Source of the DNA: Mobula hypostoma
Taxonomy: Eukaryota
Direction: 5' to 3'
NCBI RefSeq assembly: GCF_963921235.1
Contig: NC_086108.1
Span: forward strand, 69,628,001 to 69,692,000
DNA: 64,000 nt
In this document: positions 13,165 through 27,200 of the stretch, one piece after another
How positions within the stretch are numbered: position 1 is the first letter of the stretch
Layout of the letters: the number at the start of each line of letters is the position of its first letter
Notes under the pieces: model-generated
Told to the model about the DNA's origin: nothing
What the model saw: only the letters and a program-made list of their open reading frames with translations
The model's database searches: none
Position numbers and translations under genes: made by a program

Positions 13165-15510
13165 TTTATATGATAGGTCCAGGACAGGTCCTCTGAGATG
13201 GTGATACCCAGGAATTTAGCTACTGACCCTCTCCACCTCTGATCCTCTGATGATTTCCCTCTCCTGAAGCCTACAATCAGTTCCTTCTTGACATTGAGAA
13301 GATGAATTTTTTTGTTTTACACCACTCAGCCAGATTTTCAGTCTCCCTCCTGTATGCTGATTCACAATCACCTTTGATTCAGCCCACAATCGTCGTGTCA
13401 TCAGCAAACTTGTACATGGTGTTGGCGCTGCCCTTAGCCACACAGTCGTAGGTGTAAAGTGAATAGAGCAGGGGCTAAGTACACAACCCTGTAGGGCTCC
13501 TATGCTGATGGAGATTGTGGAGGTGTTGTTGCCAATCTGAACTGACTGAGGTCTGCAAGTGAGGAAATCCAGGATCCAATTGCACAAGGTGGTATTGAGG
13601 CCCAGGTCTTGAAGTTTATGATCAGCTTTGAGGAGACAATAACATTAAATGCTGAACTGTAATCAATAAAAGAGCGTTCTGAAGTATGCATCTTTTCTGT
13701 TCCAGAGTTGTGTGAGGAGCCAATGAGATGGCAGCTGCTGTGGACCTGTTGCGTCGGTGGACAAACTGGAGTGCATCCAAGCCACCACTCAGACAGGAGC
13801 TGATATGTTCCAACACCAGTCTTTCAAAACACTTCATCACTGAATGCAAGTGTGAATGGGTGATAGTCACGAGACAAGTCAGCACGTTCTTCTTGGGCAC
13901 CAGTATGATTGAAGCCTGCTTGAAGCAGTTGGGTACCACACACTGCCAGAGTGAGAAGCTGAAGACATCCTGAAACACACCAGACAGTTGGTTATCACAG
14001 GTCTTCAGTACTCAGCCAGATACTCCGTGTGGCCCAGATACTTTCCTTGAATTCACTCTCTTGAAGGCAGCCCGCATGTCATTTTCAGATACTGAGATCA
14101 AAAGATCATCAGGAGACATGGGGGGGGGGGCGCAATCATTCCACCCTGCTCTGGTGGTCAAAACAAAAACAGAAGGCATTGAGCTCATCTGGAAGCAAAG
14201 CTCTGCTGTTCCTTGCGTCGCAAGATTTAACTTTGTAGGAGGTTATGGCATTCAAACCCCGCCACAGCTGTTGAGCATCCCTCATTGATTCCAGTCTAGT
14301 CCACTTCACCCATGAGATGGCTTTCCAAAGATCATACTTGCACTTTCTGCAACATTCGTGATCTCCAGACTTGAATGCCTCCAATCTGGCTCTCATGAGA
14401 TTCTGGATTTCATGGTTCACCCAGGGTTTATTTATGGGGTTAACCATGAATGATTTCATGAGGACACACTCAGCTACAGCTGTTTTAATAAAGTCTGTTA
14501 TGACTCTGGTGTAGTTACTCACATCCTCAGATGAGTGCTTGAACACGGCCCAGTCCACTGACTCAAGGCAGTCCTGTAACTGTTCCCCTGCCTCCCGCGA
14601 CCACTTCTCAGTTGTCTTGATCTCTGGAGCTTTGCTCTTTTGGCTCTGTCTGTATGCAGGTAGTAGGAGTACAGCCAAATGATCCGACTTGGCAAAATGC
14701 AGTTTTGGGAAGGAACGATAGGCATTCCTTTTCGTAGTGTAGCAGTGGTCTAGTGTGTTAAGACCTCTGATGCAACAGGTTATGTGTTGCTGATAAATGG
14801 GCAGGGTTTTTTTCAAACAGGCCAGGTTAAAGCCACCAACTATAATTTGAAATGCTTCAGGATGGGCTGGTTCTTACCTGCAGACGACATTGTGCAGTTT
14901 TGCGAGAGCTTGCATATAATCTGCTGCTGGTGGTAAATAAACTGCGGTCAGGATCACGGATGAGAACTCCTGAGACAAATACAATAGTCCACGTTTAATC
15001 GTTCGGTGTTCCAAAGTCAGGGGAACAAGAGGTTAACATATCCCCCATGTCCGAACACCAAAGAGAATTGATTAAAAAAAACACGCCACCACGATCCATT
15101 CTAAAAATCGTAAAACCTTCTGGTCAGATAGCTGCGTCTGGCGTGCTCTCTGTTAAGCAAGTCTCAAAGCAACAAACAACTGATCTGCCTCATCTACCTC
15201 TGATACAGCAGCCTTGGTCTAAGATCATCAATCTTATTTTCCAGCGACAGCACATCTGCCAACAGATGCTGGGTGGAGAAGGCCTCATTCCTGGGCTTTT
15301 CAGCCTGGCTTGGATTCCGCCTCCCTTCCGCGTTTCCAGCCACAGCCATGGCATTGACCCTTAAAGGCGCCGCACTTAACTGCTCGGCTGGAGCTCATTA
15401 CTTCCACTCTACTTTTGATCGTGAGATGCAAAGATCAATGATGTACTTTCGTAGTCCAGTGTTAAGAGGAAAGTTACATGCTGCAAAGTGTGGTGAAAGT
15501 AATTCAAAAT
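13165..15510 (-). mobile_element. Rex1/Babar LINE, long decayed copy (APE + RT)
   Basis: YQQHITC..TLDHCYT..SDHLAVLLLPAYRQ (APE end), [38 protein letters not shown]. Confidence 0.93.
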
Positions 15511-15544
15511 AAGTATATTGAAATGGAAAACTGGAACAATTTTC

Positions 15545-15850
15545 TAAAGCCCACAGAGTCACCGATGTATGCCAGCACCATCTTCACTGATGTCCAGTGA
15601 GGCAGGAATGGAGTTTTTGATGAGTGCTATTACCAGTTGTTCAAAGCACTGCATGATGATTGGTGTCAGTGCCACCAGCCAGCAGTCGTTCAGTTCTGAA
15701 GCCGTAGAGTTCTTTAGTATGGGGATGATGGTGGCTGATATGAAGCATATGGGTACAGCAGCCTGGATGAGTGATGCGTTGAAAATGCCCTTGAAGACGG
15801 CAGTGAGCTTGTGGTGTGCACACTTCCTGAATACTTGGCCTGAGATATTA
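15545..15850 (-). mobile_element. Rex1-type RT fragment
   Basis: Minus strand encodes TIIPI..K...LND..LVALTPIIMQCFEQLV-like RT text. Confidence 0.7.
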
Positions 15851-15859
15851 TCTCTGAGA

Positions 15860-16830
15860 TATTACCTTACTCCAAAATTAGCCCTGCTCCATTTTAGTAC
15901 TCTAACATGTGGGCCTGTCCTATACCTTTCCATTGCTACCTTAAAACTAATATCACTAGAGCCAAAGTGCTCCTTGACTGCCACTTCAGTTACTTGCCCT
16001 GCCTTGTTTCCAGAGAAAAGTCCAGTATTGCACCCTACGGAGTAGGGCTCTCCATATAGTGACTCAGTAAACATTCCAGAAATTCCACTCTGGGTAGTCC
16101 AGTCATTACAAGGGAAATTAAAATCTCCCTATAATACTTTATAATCCTTACAACTATGAGCAATTTCTCTACACCTGCCGCTCAAAACTCCAACAGACTG
16201 CTGAGGGATCTATATGCCCCCAGCAGAGTGACCCTCCCCTTCCTGTTTCCTAAGTTTTACCATATGGCCTTATGGATGATTTCATTTCTCAGTACTGCTC
16301 TTAAGCCCCATCTTACCAAAACGACAATACCACATCCTCGATAACCTCTACCTCTGCCACACCCGAGACATCTGTACCCTGGAACACTGAGCTTTCGGTC
16401 CTGCCATTATCTAGCACACTTCTGTTATGGTTACAATATCCCAGTCCTTACGGGCAATCCATGCTCTGCTTGTCTGCCTTACTTGTCAAACCTTGTGCGT
16501 TGTAATAGTTTAGATGAACATTCCTTTGCCGTGCTCACGGCTCTCCTGATTACTAAGCTTGTTCTTGCTGTCTACTGCTTTATCCTATGACTTGTTCGTG
16601 CTCAGAGTCCCACCCCACCGGCTATCTGGTTTCACTTAGCACTGGCAAATTTCTCTGCAAGGATATTCGTGCCTCTCTTGTTCTAGTGTAACTCAGCCCT
16701 CTCGTACAAGTAGCCTCTACGTCAGAGGAGATCCCAAGCGTCCAAGAAACTGAATCTCTACCCTCTGTCAGTTTTTGAGTCACAAGTTCATCCAGCCTCT
16801 TTCTATTCCTGACCTTGCCAGCATGGGCAA
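15860..16830 (-). mobile_element. CR1 LINE 5' region (ORF1 end and APE), degraded
   Basis: VKEHFGSSD..FKVAME..VRVLKWSRANF, typical of the CR1 endonuclease C-terminal region. Confidence 0.7.
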
Positions 16831-17913
16831 CAGATCCTGATTAGAATATTTTATAGATTAGTTTCTAATCCAGGCAATTATAAACTAAGAGAAGCAGACA
16901 AAATAAGAAGCACTTTATATATTTTTTTACCCTCCCCTATTTTGCCAATTTCTCCTTTCAGAACAGAAACATTGAGAAGTGGTCATTCCATGCTCACGGC
17001 CATCCTGATAACTAAGCTTGTTCTTGCTGCCTGCTGCTTTATCTCATGACGTACTTCTGCTCAGAGTCACTTGCTCAGGAGAAAGAGGTTATAAATGTCA
17101 TGACCATGACTGATCACAAATTCTAAAGGTCAAAACTGAGAAATCTAAACCAATATAGAACAATTTCAATGTTTATTATTGATTAGGAAAGAGATCCTTA
17201 GCCAATCCCCCCACTTTCTTAACCTAAATATGTGAAAGCTGATAAAAACAAAGTGGTCTGTCACCACTAATTTTAACCATCATCCCTTTTTTGTATTCCT
17301 ATCATAGATTTTCTATTTCATTCCCTCCACGTTCCTCAGTCTCTATAACATCTTGAGACATTATAAACATTTTTAAGTTCCAATGAAAGGTCATTGATCT
17401 GAAATTTCAACGTTTCTTTTCTCCACAGATTCTACCTGACCTGCTGAGCAGTTTCAGCATTTTCAGTTTTCATTTTAAATTTTGAACGTGCCTTTATTAG
17501 CACCCTGGCTGACAGCAGCTAACTGAGCCTGTAACAGCATGAAAATGAGGGTCCTGTCCTAAGTACTCATTTGATTTACAAATTGTGACTTCAAACTAAG
17601 CCCTGTACAGACTATGACTTAATTATTTGCCAATACAATAATCAGAAATTATTAAAAACTGCCACCTTCCAGGAGCATTGTGGAATTCTCTGCCCAATAA
17701 TGCGATGGAGGTTACCCAGTAAATATGTTTAAGACAAGGTTGGAGAGCTTTTTGCATGGTAGGGGAATTAGGGTTATGGGGAAAAGGCAGGTAGGTGGAG
17801 ATGAATCCATGGCGAGATCAGCCATGATCTTCTTGAATGGTGGAGCAGGCTCGATGGGCCACATGGCCTACTCCTACTCCTATTTCTTATGTTCTTATAT
17901 ATTAGATTAGATT

Positions 17914-18554
17914 AAAGTTGCAGTCTACAGGGCCTGTGTCCTCAGCACACTGCTTTATGGCAGCAAGACCTGGAGCCTTCCACCTTCGCAGCCTGAGACG
18001 CATCCTGGACATCACGTGGACTGACCAAGTCACCAACAATGAGGTCCTGGCCTGCGCCCAGATACCCAGCCTATTTACCCTGCTCCAACAACGCCGTTTC
18101 CGCTGGCTGGGCCACGTACACCGCATGTCAGACGGGAGGATCCCACAAGACCTGCTGTGCGGAGAACTGGCCTCCAGCAAGAGAGCACACGGGCAGCCCC
18201 ATCTTCATTTCAAAGATGTTTGCAAGAGAGACATGAAGTCACTGAAAATGAACATCGAGAGGTGGGAGGACATCGCAAGCGATCGCTCTCACTGAGGCTG
18301 GAACTACGCAGAGGTCTAAAAAGAGGAGAAGAGAAGCTGAGGCTTGCTGCCGAAGAAAAGCGCATTCCTCAGAAAAACAGCACCAAGACAACACTGGAGG
18401 ACCGCGCCTTCAAGTGTAGTCGCTGCAGCCGAGACTGTCACTCCCGTGTGGGCCTCTACAGCCACAACAGATGCTGCTCTAACACAGACTGAAGCAAGAC
18501 TTTCCGGGCGCAGATCCATGGTCTCGTGAGACTAACGGATGCCATAACCACCAC
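17914..18554 (+). mobile_element. RTE-clade LINE 3' fragment with TSD
   Basis: VYRACVLSTLLYGSKTW, AFHLRSLRRIL..WLGHVHRMSDGRIP, C-terminal CSRCSRDCHSRVGLYSH. TSD attagatt at 17906-17913 and 18555-18562. Confidence 0.92.
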
Positions 18555-18599
18555 ATTAGATTGCTGGTCTCATTATCAAGAGAGATTTTCTTTTGATAA

Positions 18600-18960
18600 A
18601 ATGGTTGCTTCACTAATGGTGACCACTAAATTCTGGTCACTAACAGTCATTCCAGGAAAGAATTCGGCTCTCAATTTCACTCCAGATTCACAGAAATATT
18701 GCTGACTTTTAACTGCCCTCTGACATTTCTCGGCCAGCCTTTCATTTGTATCAAAACCACAACACTGAAACAAGATTAAAATTAAACGGATTAGCCACCA
18801 CTGACCCATGGACCAATTTAGACATAGCAAAGGTGTATTACTCCACTGAACGCTGCTAAGTTTTAAAAAAAGAACTCGGAAGTGTCCTAAATGGAATAGC
18901 TGTCCCACAGTTTCACCAATCAACAGCTTCAGAAAAGGTGTATTTTGAATATAACAATGT
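18600..18960 (+). mobile_element. Old chondrichthyan SINE-like repeat, degraded
   Basis: ctccagattcacagaaatattgctgacttttaactgccctctga...tgtatcaaaacc resembles a common shark SINE body, from memory only. Confidence 0.45.
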
Positions 18961-19021
18961 CAAAATCTCAGGTTCCTCCACCACAATCCTTGGAAAGAGC
19001 CACCAGAGAAAGTATGAGATA

Positions 19022-20530
19022 CAGCTGCAAGAAAAAGTTTGTGAACCATTTGTAATTACCTGGTTTTCTGCATCAATTACACATAAAATGAGGTCTGATC
19101 TTCATCTAAGTCATAATAATAGACAAACACAATCAGCCTAAACTAATAACACACAAACAATTATACTTTTCATATCTTTGTTGAACAAGTTGTTTAATCA
19201 ATCACAGTCCAGGCTGGACAAAGTATGTGAATCCTTGTATTTAATAACTGGCAAACTTCCTTCAGCAGCAAAAACCTCCACCAAACATTTCCTGTAGCTG
19301 CTGATCAGACTTGCACAATGGCAAGGAGGAACTTTGGACCATTCTCCCAAGCAAAATTGTTTCAGTTCATCAATATTTTTGGGATGCCTTGCATGAACAG
19401 CCCTCTTCAGGTCATGCCACAGCATTGCAATTGAGTTAAGGTCTGGACTCTGACTTGGCCATTCCAAGTATTCTCCTGTAAAATGTCTTGACACAATTTT
19501 GAATAATTTCACTGTTCCCTCAATGACTGCAAGCTGTTCAGGCCCTCAGGCAGCAAACCAACCCCAAACCTTGATGCTCCTTCCACCATGCTTCACAGAT
19601 GGGATGAGGTTTTGTCGTTGGTGCGCTGTGCCCTTTTTCCTCCAAACATCGTGGTATGCATTTCTGCCAAAAAATTCAACTGTTATCTCATCTGTCCACA
19701 GAACATTACCCAAGAATGTCATGGAACATCCAGGAGGTCTTTTGCAAACTTGAAACATGCAGTAATGTTTTGTTTTTGGAGAGCAATGGTTTCCTCTGTT
19801 GTGTTCTTCCCTGAACACCATTTTTGTTCAGTGTTTTTCTTATAGTGGACACATGAACAAAGACATCAGCAAGTTCTAGAGATTTCTGCAGGGCTTTTGC
19901 TGTTACTCCTGGGTTCTTTATCACCTCCTTCAGCATTGCACATGGTGTTCTTGGTGTGATCTTTGCAGGATGCCCACTCCTCGGGAGAGTAGCAACAGTA
20001 ATTTCATTTTCCTTCATTTGTAGACAATTTCTCTTACTGTGGACTAATGAACACCAAGGTCTTTCAAAATGCCTTTGTAGCCTTTTCCAGCTTCATGCAT
20101 CTCTACAATTCTTCTTCTCGGGTCCTCTGAAAGTTGTTTTGATTGAGCACGGTGCACATAAACAGATCTTTCTTGAGAAGAGCAGGCTCTGTCTCTAACC
20201 TGACATTGCAGATTTTTTTTTAATATATAAATAGGGGCAGGGCACCTCTCCAACCCACACCTCCTATCTCATCTCATTGATTGGCACACTCGACTCCAAA
20301 TAGTTTTTGTAGAAGGCTTTACCCCAGAGGTTCAACTACTTTTTTGAACCTAGATTATGATTATTTAAATAGCGTACTCAGCATTGGTGAGATTGTTTGT
20401 GTGTTATTAGTTTAGACAGATTGTGTTTGCCTATTATTGCCACTTAGATGAAGTTCAGACCACATTTTATGAGTATTTAATGCAGAAAACCAGGCAACTG
20501 CAAAGGATCACAAACTTTTTCTTGCAACTG
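19022..20530 (-). mobile_element. Tc1 transposon, near full length, inactivated
   Basis: Long TIRs (cagctgcaagaaaaagtttgtga... / ...tcacaaactttttcttgcaactg) with TA at the left end. Fragments LSEDPRRRIVEMHEAGKGYK, VLWTDEITVEFFG, SVKHGGRSIKVWG, WPSQSPDLN. Confidence 0.95.
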
Positions 20531-20771
20531 CAAATATATGAGAGGAGATAGTGCTGGGAGCCCTTGGCATTAACACTAGGCCTCAGATCATTAAGACATA
20601 CCACAATAAACTTTTACCCTACTGTCATTCCTCAATTCGTGAATCAATTTGTCTACATCTTAAACAATACTTGAAATCAGTACTGAGAGAGCTGCAAAGC
20701 TGCAGAATGTAAGGAGAGACAAAGTCATTTTAAGTGGTGTAGTTCAAGTCCACGAGATTATATACTTAGAA

Positions 20772-20851
20772 CAGGGGCTCCCACTCTGGGGTCCATGCAC
20801 CTCTCAGTTAATGGTAGGGATCCACAGCATAAAAAAGGCTGGGAACCCCTG
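20772..20851. mobile_element. 80-bp hAT (Charlie-like) MITE
   Basis: TIRs caggggctccca / tgggaacccctg. 8-bp flanks acttagaa / gcctagaa resemble the Charlie NTCTAGAN target. Confidence 0.75.
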
Positions 20852-21899
20852 GCCTAGAATAAGAGAATTTGGGGTCTTCTTTTGAAGAAAGGTTCTGTCG
20901 AATTGCCATAAATTCCTTGGAGATCAGAAAAAGGTGATTTCACTAATTCACAATTTGTAGGAGGGCTTGGCAGATAAATGATGTGAAGAGGTTTCCCCTA
21001 GTGGTGAAGTTTAGAATACAGGGCATGTTTTAAGGATAGCAAGAAATCCATTACTTGAGATACCTGAAGAGAAATCCCTCCTCTAATGCAGGTATGATTC
21101 TTTCAGATTCTCATATCATAAAGTGCTATGGATGCTGCAATAAACACAATTTAGAGTTATTAATGAAAAAAAGGTTATGGAGATTAACAAAGGAAACAAA
21201 GATCAGATCAGCCATTATTGAATGGTGAAAAAGGCTCTGCGGTGTATTTCTCCTGTTCCTTTCGTGAAGCACAAGGCAACACAACTTGCATACTGAAATC
21301 AAATTATAATTTATATTCTTAACTGCATCCCAACACTCTCTCTCCTTCAATTCCCTTACTCTCACCACATTTCAGAAATAAAATGAGGGATAACAGAGAA
21401 AATACAACATGGAAAATGATTTTTATGCAATCATGAATCCAGTGGTGATAAATTTCCAATTCAAGCAGTTTCTAGACTCCTTCATCTGTTACTAATAAAA
21501 GTTGCTTCACTGAACACCATCCAACATTGATTTGAATAGTGAGCAAATAATGTAGAAACAGGAAATCAGCAAACCTCTGCCATAAAAATTACTTAATATA
21601 AAGGTCCAGAACACAATTCCAATTATGACTGTGACTCCAATGAACTAAAAATTTACTGGATCAGTTCTGTACAGGAAAATACATGGTCACAGTCTAATTC
21701 CTGACAGTAAATTAGCACAATCACCAGAATGGGGATTTCAGGACGGGGAAGTCAGAAAAACACACACCAGTTGCAATTGATGGATCACTAGTGCAAAGGG
21801 TGAGCAGTTTCACATTCCTCAGTATCAATATCTCAGAGGATCTGTCCTGAGCCCAATATGTTTAGGCAAAGAAAGGGTTCGCCAAACATCTGTTCTTTG

Positions 21900-22650
21900 G
21901 AAAAGGTTGAAATTCCTTATTCCACATTAGCCAAGCATGCAGAACATCATAAGACAATCAAGCAACGTCAACACCGCTTTACAAAAAGGAAGTATTGTTT
22001 GACAAACTGGCTAGACTTCTTTGAAAATAAAACAAGATGGATAAAGGGCAACTAGTTGATGCAATGCAAGGTACCTGTATTTTCCAGAAGGCATTCAATA
22101 AAGTGGCACTTTAAAAGTTCTTAAGAGGTATGGAGGGTTACATGTTGGCATGAACAGGGAAGTAGCTAACTAACAGAAAAATAGCAGCCACGCTAAATAG
22201 CTTCATTTGGCAGTGAGAGTGGGAAAAAGATCAGTGCTGGGACTTCTATTATTTACAATCTTCAGGACTTGGATGAAGAAACATTTTTGCTGAAAATACA
22301 AGATGGATGTTTCAGCAAGTTAACAGAACACACTGAGTTTGAAGAGGGATATAGATTAGTTGAGTAAACTGGAAGCTGACAATTATCATATAATATTTGC
22401 AAATATGAAGTAATAGCCTTGGGAAAGAAAAATGAAAAAGCAAACTTACGGAAATGTCATGGGACTACAAAATATTGTCCAACAGGGATCTGCAGAGACT
22501 TGATACACAAGACAGACAGATTTGTCATGCAGGACAATGAGTAATTAGCAAGGATGATGGAATATTGGTCTTTATTACAAAAGGCACGGAAAACAAAGAA
22601 TGTTTTGATACAAACTTGTAGCATGCTACTGAAACTACATCTGGAGCATA
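21900..22650 (+). mobile_element. Highly degraded CR1 RT fragment
   Basis: QRQHRFTKRKYCLTNWLDFFE and ttccagaaggcattcaataaagtg (FQKAFNKV). Confidence 0.75.
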
Positions 22651-22754
22651 GTTAAAAAGATATAAAAAAGATAATCTACCATTTAACTAAGTAACAAATT
22701 ATGTATTTAAATGAAATACAGAACAAATTAGAACACTACCAATATCACTACAGT

Positions 22755-23960
22755 AGATACTTTATTGATCCCAAAGGAAATTACAGTGTCACAATAGCAT
22801 TACAAGTGCACAAATATACAAATATTAGAAGTAAGAAAGAATAAAAAAATAAGTGACCTCAAACAGTCTAATGGGGGGGGAGGGGTCATCACTTCTCCAG
22901 CTATTGGTTGACTCATTACAGAGCCTAATGGCCAAGGGTAAGAATGACCTCAAATAGCACTCTTTGGGGCAGCGCAGTTATCTTAGTCTATTACTGAAAA
23001 GTGCTCCTCTGTTCAGCCAAGGTGGCATGCAGGGGGTAATAAAAATCATCCAGAAAACTGCAAATCTGTGTATTAATTCCAAATAGTTATCCTAATAGAA
23101 GGGCCTATTCCACGCAGAATCTTAATAAATAAATAAATGGGAGTTGGCTTGAGCATAGCACAAACACAAGCATTGACTCATTGGGCCAAATGGTCTGTTT
23201 CTGTGTCATTACATCTTATACAAGTTCAAAGTAAATTTACTATCAAAGTACATATATGTCAACATATACAACCATAAGATTCATTTTTGTGGGCATACTC
23301 AATAAATCTATAGAATAATAACCATAACAGAATCAATGACAGACCACTCAACTTGGGCATTCAACCGAAGTGGAGAAGACAACAAACTATGCAAATACAA
23401 AAATAAAGAAATAATAGATGAATAAGCAATAAATTTTGAGAATACGAGATGAAGACTCCTTAAAAGTGAGTTCATTCATTGTGGGAACATTTCAATGATA
23501 GGGCGAGTGAAGTTACCCATTTGGTTTAAGAGCCTAGTGGCTAAGGAGTAGTAACTGTTCCTGAAACTGAAGCTGCTGTACCTTCTTCCTGATGGCAGCA
23601 GTGAGACAAGGACATGATCTGGGTAGTGGGGATACCTGATAATGGATGCTGCTTTTCTGCGACAGCATTTCATGTAGATGTGTTAAATGGTGGAGAGGGC
23701 TTTACCCATGACATACTGGGCTGCATCCACTACTTTTTGTAGGATTTTCCATTCAAGGGCATTAGTGTTTCCAGACCAGGCTGTGATGCAGCCAGTCAAT
23801 CTGCTCTCCACTACACATCTATAGCAGTTTGTCAAAGTTTCAGATGTTATGCTGACTCTTCACAAACTCCTAAGGAAGTAGAGACGCTGCCATGCAGGGC
23901 CCAGGACAGTCCTCAAAAATGATAACACTGAGGAAGTTAAAGTTGCTGACTCTCTCCACT
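22755..23960 (-). mobile_element. Two Rex1-type 3' fragments
   Basis: CCRRKAASIIRYPHYPDHVLVSLLPSGRRYS; Rex1-type tails near 22760 and 23225. Confidence 0.8.
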
Positions 23961-24239
23961 CTCTTCAGCAAGCTTTATGCAAACATGAAAATACGACAAC
24001 TGTGTTGATAACAATAGAGAATACAAAATAAACAGTAAAAAGCATGAACTATCATAATAATCATTGACCAGACTGAGATGTATAAACTTCAATGACTGTG
24101 TAAAGTCCTTGAACTTCAATATGCAACCGTGCAAGTTCAACCGGGACATCATGAATTGAAAAAGATTCAGGACTGTTTTGGTTTCTCAGAAATGATTTAC
24201 TGTAAAGGTTATGAGCAGTGTTTTTTTCTTAACTTGAAC

Positions 24240-27200
24240 GGACAATGGAAATTGTCAGAAACCAGAGTGCAGGTTTCCAACAGCAGATGGGTGACCACCA
24301 GAAGTAAGGGAAGTTAGCAGTCAGTGCAGGGTTCCCTGTGGCCATTCCCCTCAGAACGGCAAGTTTATCCTTTTGGTCACTGCTGGGGGTGGGGGGAGGT
24401 GACCTATCAGGGCACAGCAGCAGCAGCCAGGCCAGTGGCACTATGGCTGGCTCTGAGGCTCAGCGAAAGCCAGGGACAGTGGTAGCGGTAGGAGAATCAA
24501 TAGTTACAGGGATGGACAAGACAGTGTGTTGTCTCCCAGGTGCTGAGGTCCAGATTGGCTCAGAGTGGCTATGGATGATTCTCAAGAGGGACAGTGAGCA
24601 GCCGTAGGTTGTAGAGCACATTGGCCCTAATGACTGGGGTAGAAAGGGAGAAGAGGTCCAGCAAAGTGAGTTTAGGAGCTAGGGAACAGGTTAAAGAACA
24701 GGATCTCCAAGATAGTAAACTCTGGATTACTCCCAGTGCCACGTCCTAATCAGGCATGATGGAACAGATGAATGCATAGCTAAGAAAGTGGCACAGGGTT
24801 TCAGATTTCTGTATCATTGGGATCTCTTCTGCAAAAGGGATTACTTGTACAAAGGGGACAAGTACACCTGAACCAGAGTGAAACCAAAATCCTACTGGGC
24901 ATGGTTGGGAGAGCTTTTGGGGAGGTTTAAATTCATTTGGCAGTGGGATGGGAACCAGGGTGATAGGGCTGAGGATGAGTCAGTTTGTATACAAGTCAAT
25001 GCTATGTGTATAGAGAACGTGAGGATCGACAGGCAAATGATAGAGCAAAATTGCAGTCTGTGCGATGAGGTGAAGTGTAATATGGGGGCAAAATCAAAAA
25101 AAGATGACGAATACAGGACTGAAGGTGTTATATTTGAATGTCAGTATGCAGAATAAAGTAGATGATCTTGCATCACAGTTAGAGATCGATAGGCAAGATG
25201 TTGTGGGCATTACTGTGGTATGGCTGAAAGAAGATCATAGTTGGGAGCTTGACATCCAAGGATATACCTTGTGTCGAAAGGACAGGGAGGTAAGCAGATT
25301 GGTGGGGTGGCTCTGTTGGTAAAAATGAAATCAGCCCCTTGGAAAGAGGTGGCATAGGATTGGAAAATGTAGGATCCTTGTGGATAGAGTTAAGATACTG
25401 CAAGGGTGAACAGACCTTGATCGAAGTTATATACAGGCCCCCGAACAATAGCCAGAATGTGGAACATAACGGAAAACACAAAATGCATGTAATAAGGGCG
25501 ATGGCAAGATGGTAATGAGGGATTTCAATGTACAATTAGATGGGGAGAATCAGGTTGGTGCTGGATCCCAAAAGGGGGAACTTGTAGAATGCCTACAAGA
25601 TGGCTGTTCAGAGCAAATTGTGGTTGAGCCCACTAGGGAAAAGGCAATTCTGGATTGGGCGTTGTATAATGAACCAGATTAAGGTAAGGGAGCTTAAGGT
25701 AAACAAACCCTTGAGAGCCAGTGATCATAACATGATAGAATTCACCCTGCAGTTTGAGAGGGAAATGATGCTGGAGCGGGATTAATGGGGAACAGGGAAA
25801 TGTCAGATGAACTTAATAAAGTATTTTGCATCAGCCTTATCTGTTGAGGACAATAGCAATATGCCAGCAATTTGAGAGTATCAGGGGGTAGAAGTGAGTG
25901 TTGGTGCTACTACCAAGGAGAAAGTGCTGGTGAAGATCAGAGGTCTAAAGATTGATAAGTTATCTGAACTAGACACTCTACCCTCCAGGGTTCTGTGAGA
26001 GATTGCTGAAGAGACTGTGCAGTAATGATCTTTCAAGAATCACCAGATTCTGGAGCGGTTCCAGAGAAATTGCAAATGTCACACCACTCTTTAATAAGGG
26101 AAGGAGGCAGAAGAAAGGAAATATAGGTAAGCCTAACTTCAGTGCTTGAGAAGATGTTGAGGATGCACATTATTAAGGATGAGTTTCGGTTACTTGGATG
26201 CACATGATAAAGTAGGCCAAAATCAGCTTGGTTTCCTTCAGGGGAAATCTTGCCTGACAAATCTATGGGAATTCTTTCAAGAAATAACAATTAGGACAAA
26301 GGAGAGTCAGAAGGCCTTTGACAAGGTGCCGCACATGAGGCCGCTTAATAAGATCAGAGCCCATGGTACTATGCGATGGATTCCAGCATGGATAAAGCAG
26401 TGGCTGACTGGCAAGAGGCAAAGAGTGGGAATAAAGGGAGCCTTTTCTGGTTGGCTGCCAGTGACTAGTGGTGTTCCACGTGTGTCTGAATTGGGACTTC
26501 TTTTTACTTTACATGTCAATGATTTGGATGACAGAATTGATGGCCTTGTCACCCAATTTGCAGGTGATACAAATGATAGGTGGAGGGACTGGTAGTGTTG
26601 AGGAAGCAGGGAATCCACAGAAGGACTTGGACAGTTTGGGAAAATAGGCAAAGAAGTGGCAGATTGCATATAGTGTAGGGAAGTGCATCACTCTGCAGTT
26701 TAGTATAAGTAATAAAAGTGGAGGTTATTTTTTAAAACCCGAAGAAAAATTTTTTTAAAAATCAGAGGTGCAAGGGGACTCAGGAGTCCTTGTGCAGGAT
26801 TCCCTAAAGGTTAACTTGCAAATTGACCCTGTGGAAAGGAAGGCAAATAAGACCATAAGACAAAGGAGCAGAATTTGGCCATTTGGTCCATCAAGTTTAC
26901 TCTACCATTTCATCAGGGCAGATCCATTTTCCCTCTCAGCCCCAATCTCCGGCATTCTCCCCATATCCCTTCATGCCCTGACCAATCAAGAACGTATTAA
27001 CATCTGCCTGAAATATACATAAAGACTTGGCCTGCACAGCTGCCTGTGGCAACGACTTCCACAGGTTCACCACTCTCTGGCTAAAAAAATTTCTCCTCAT
27101 CTCCATTCTAAAAGGGTGCCCCTTTATTCTGAGGCTGTATCCTCTAGTCTTAGACGCTCCCACCACAGGAAACATCCTTGCTACATCCACTCTATCAAGG

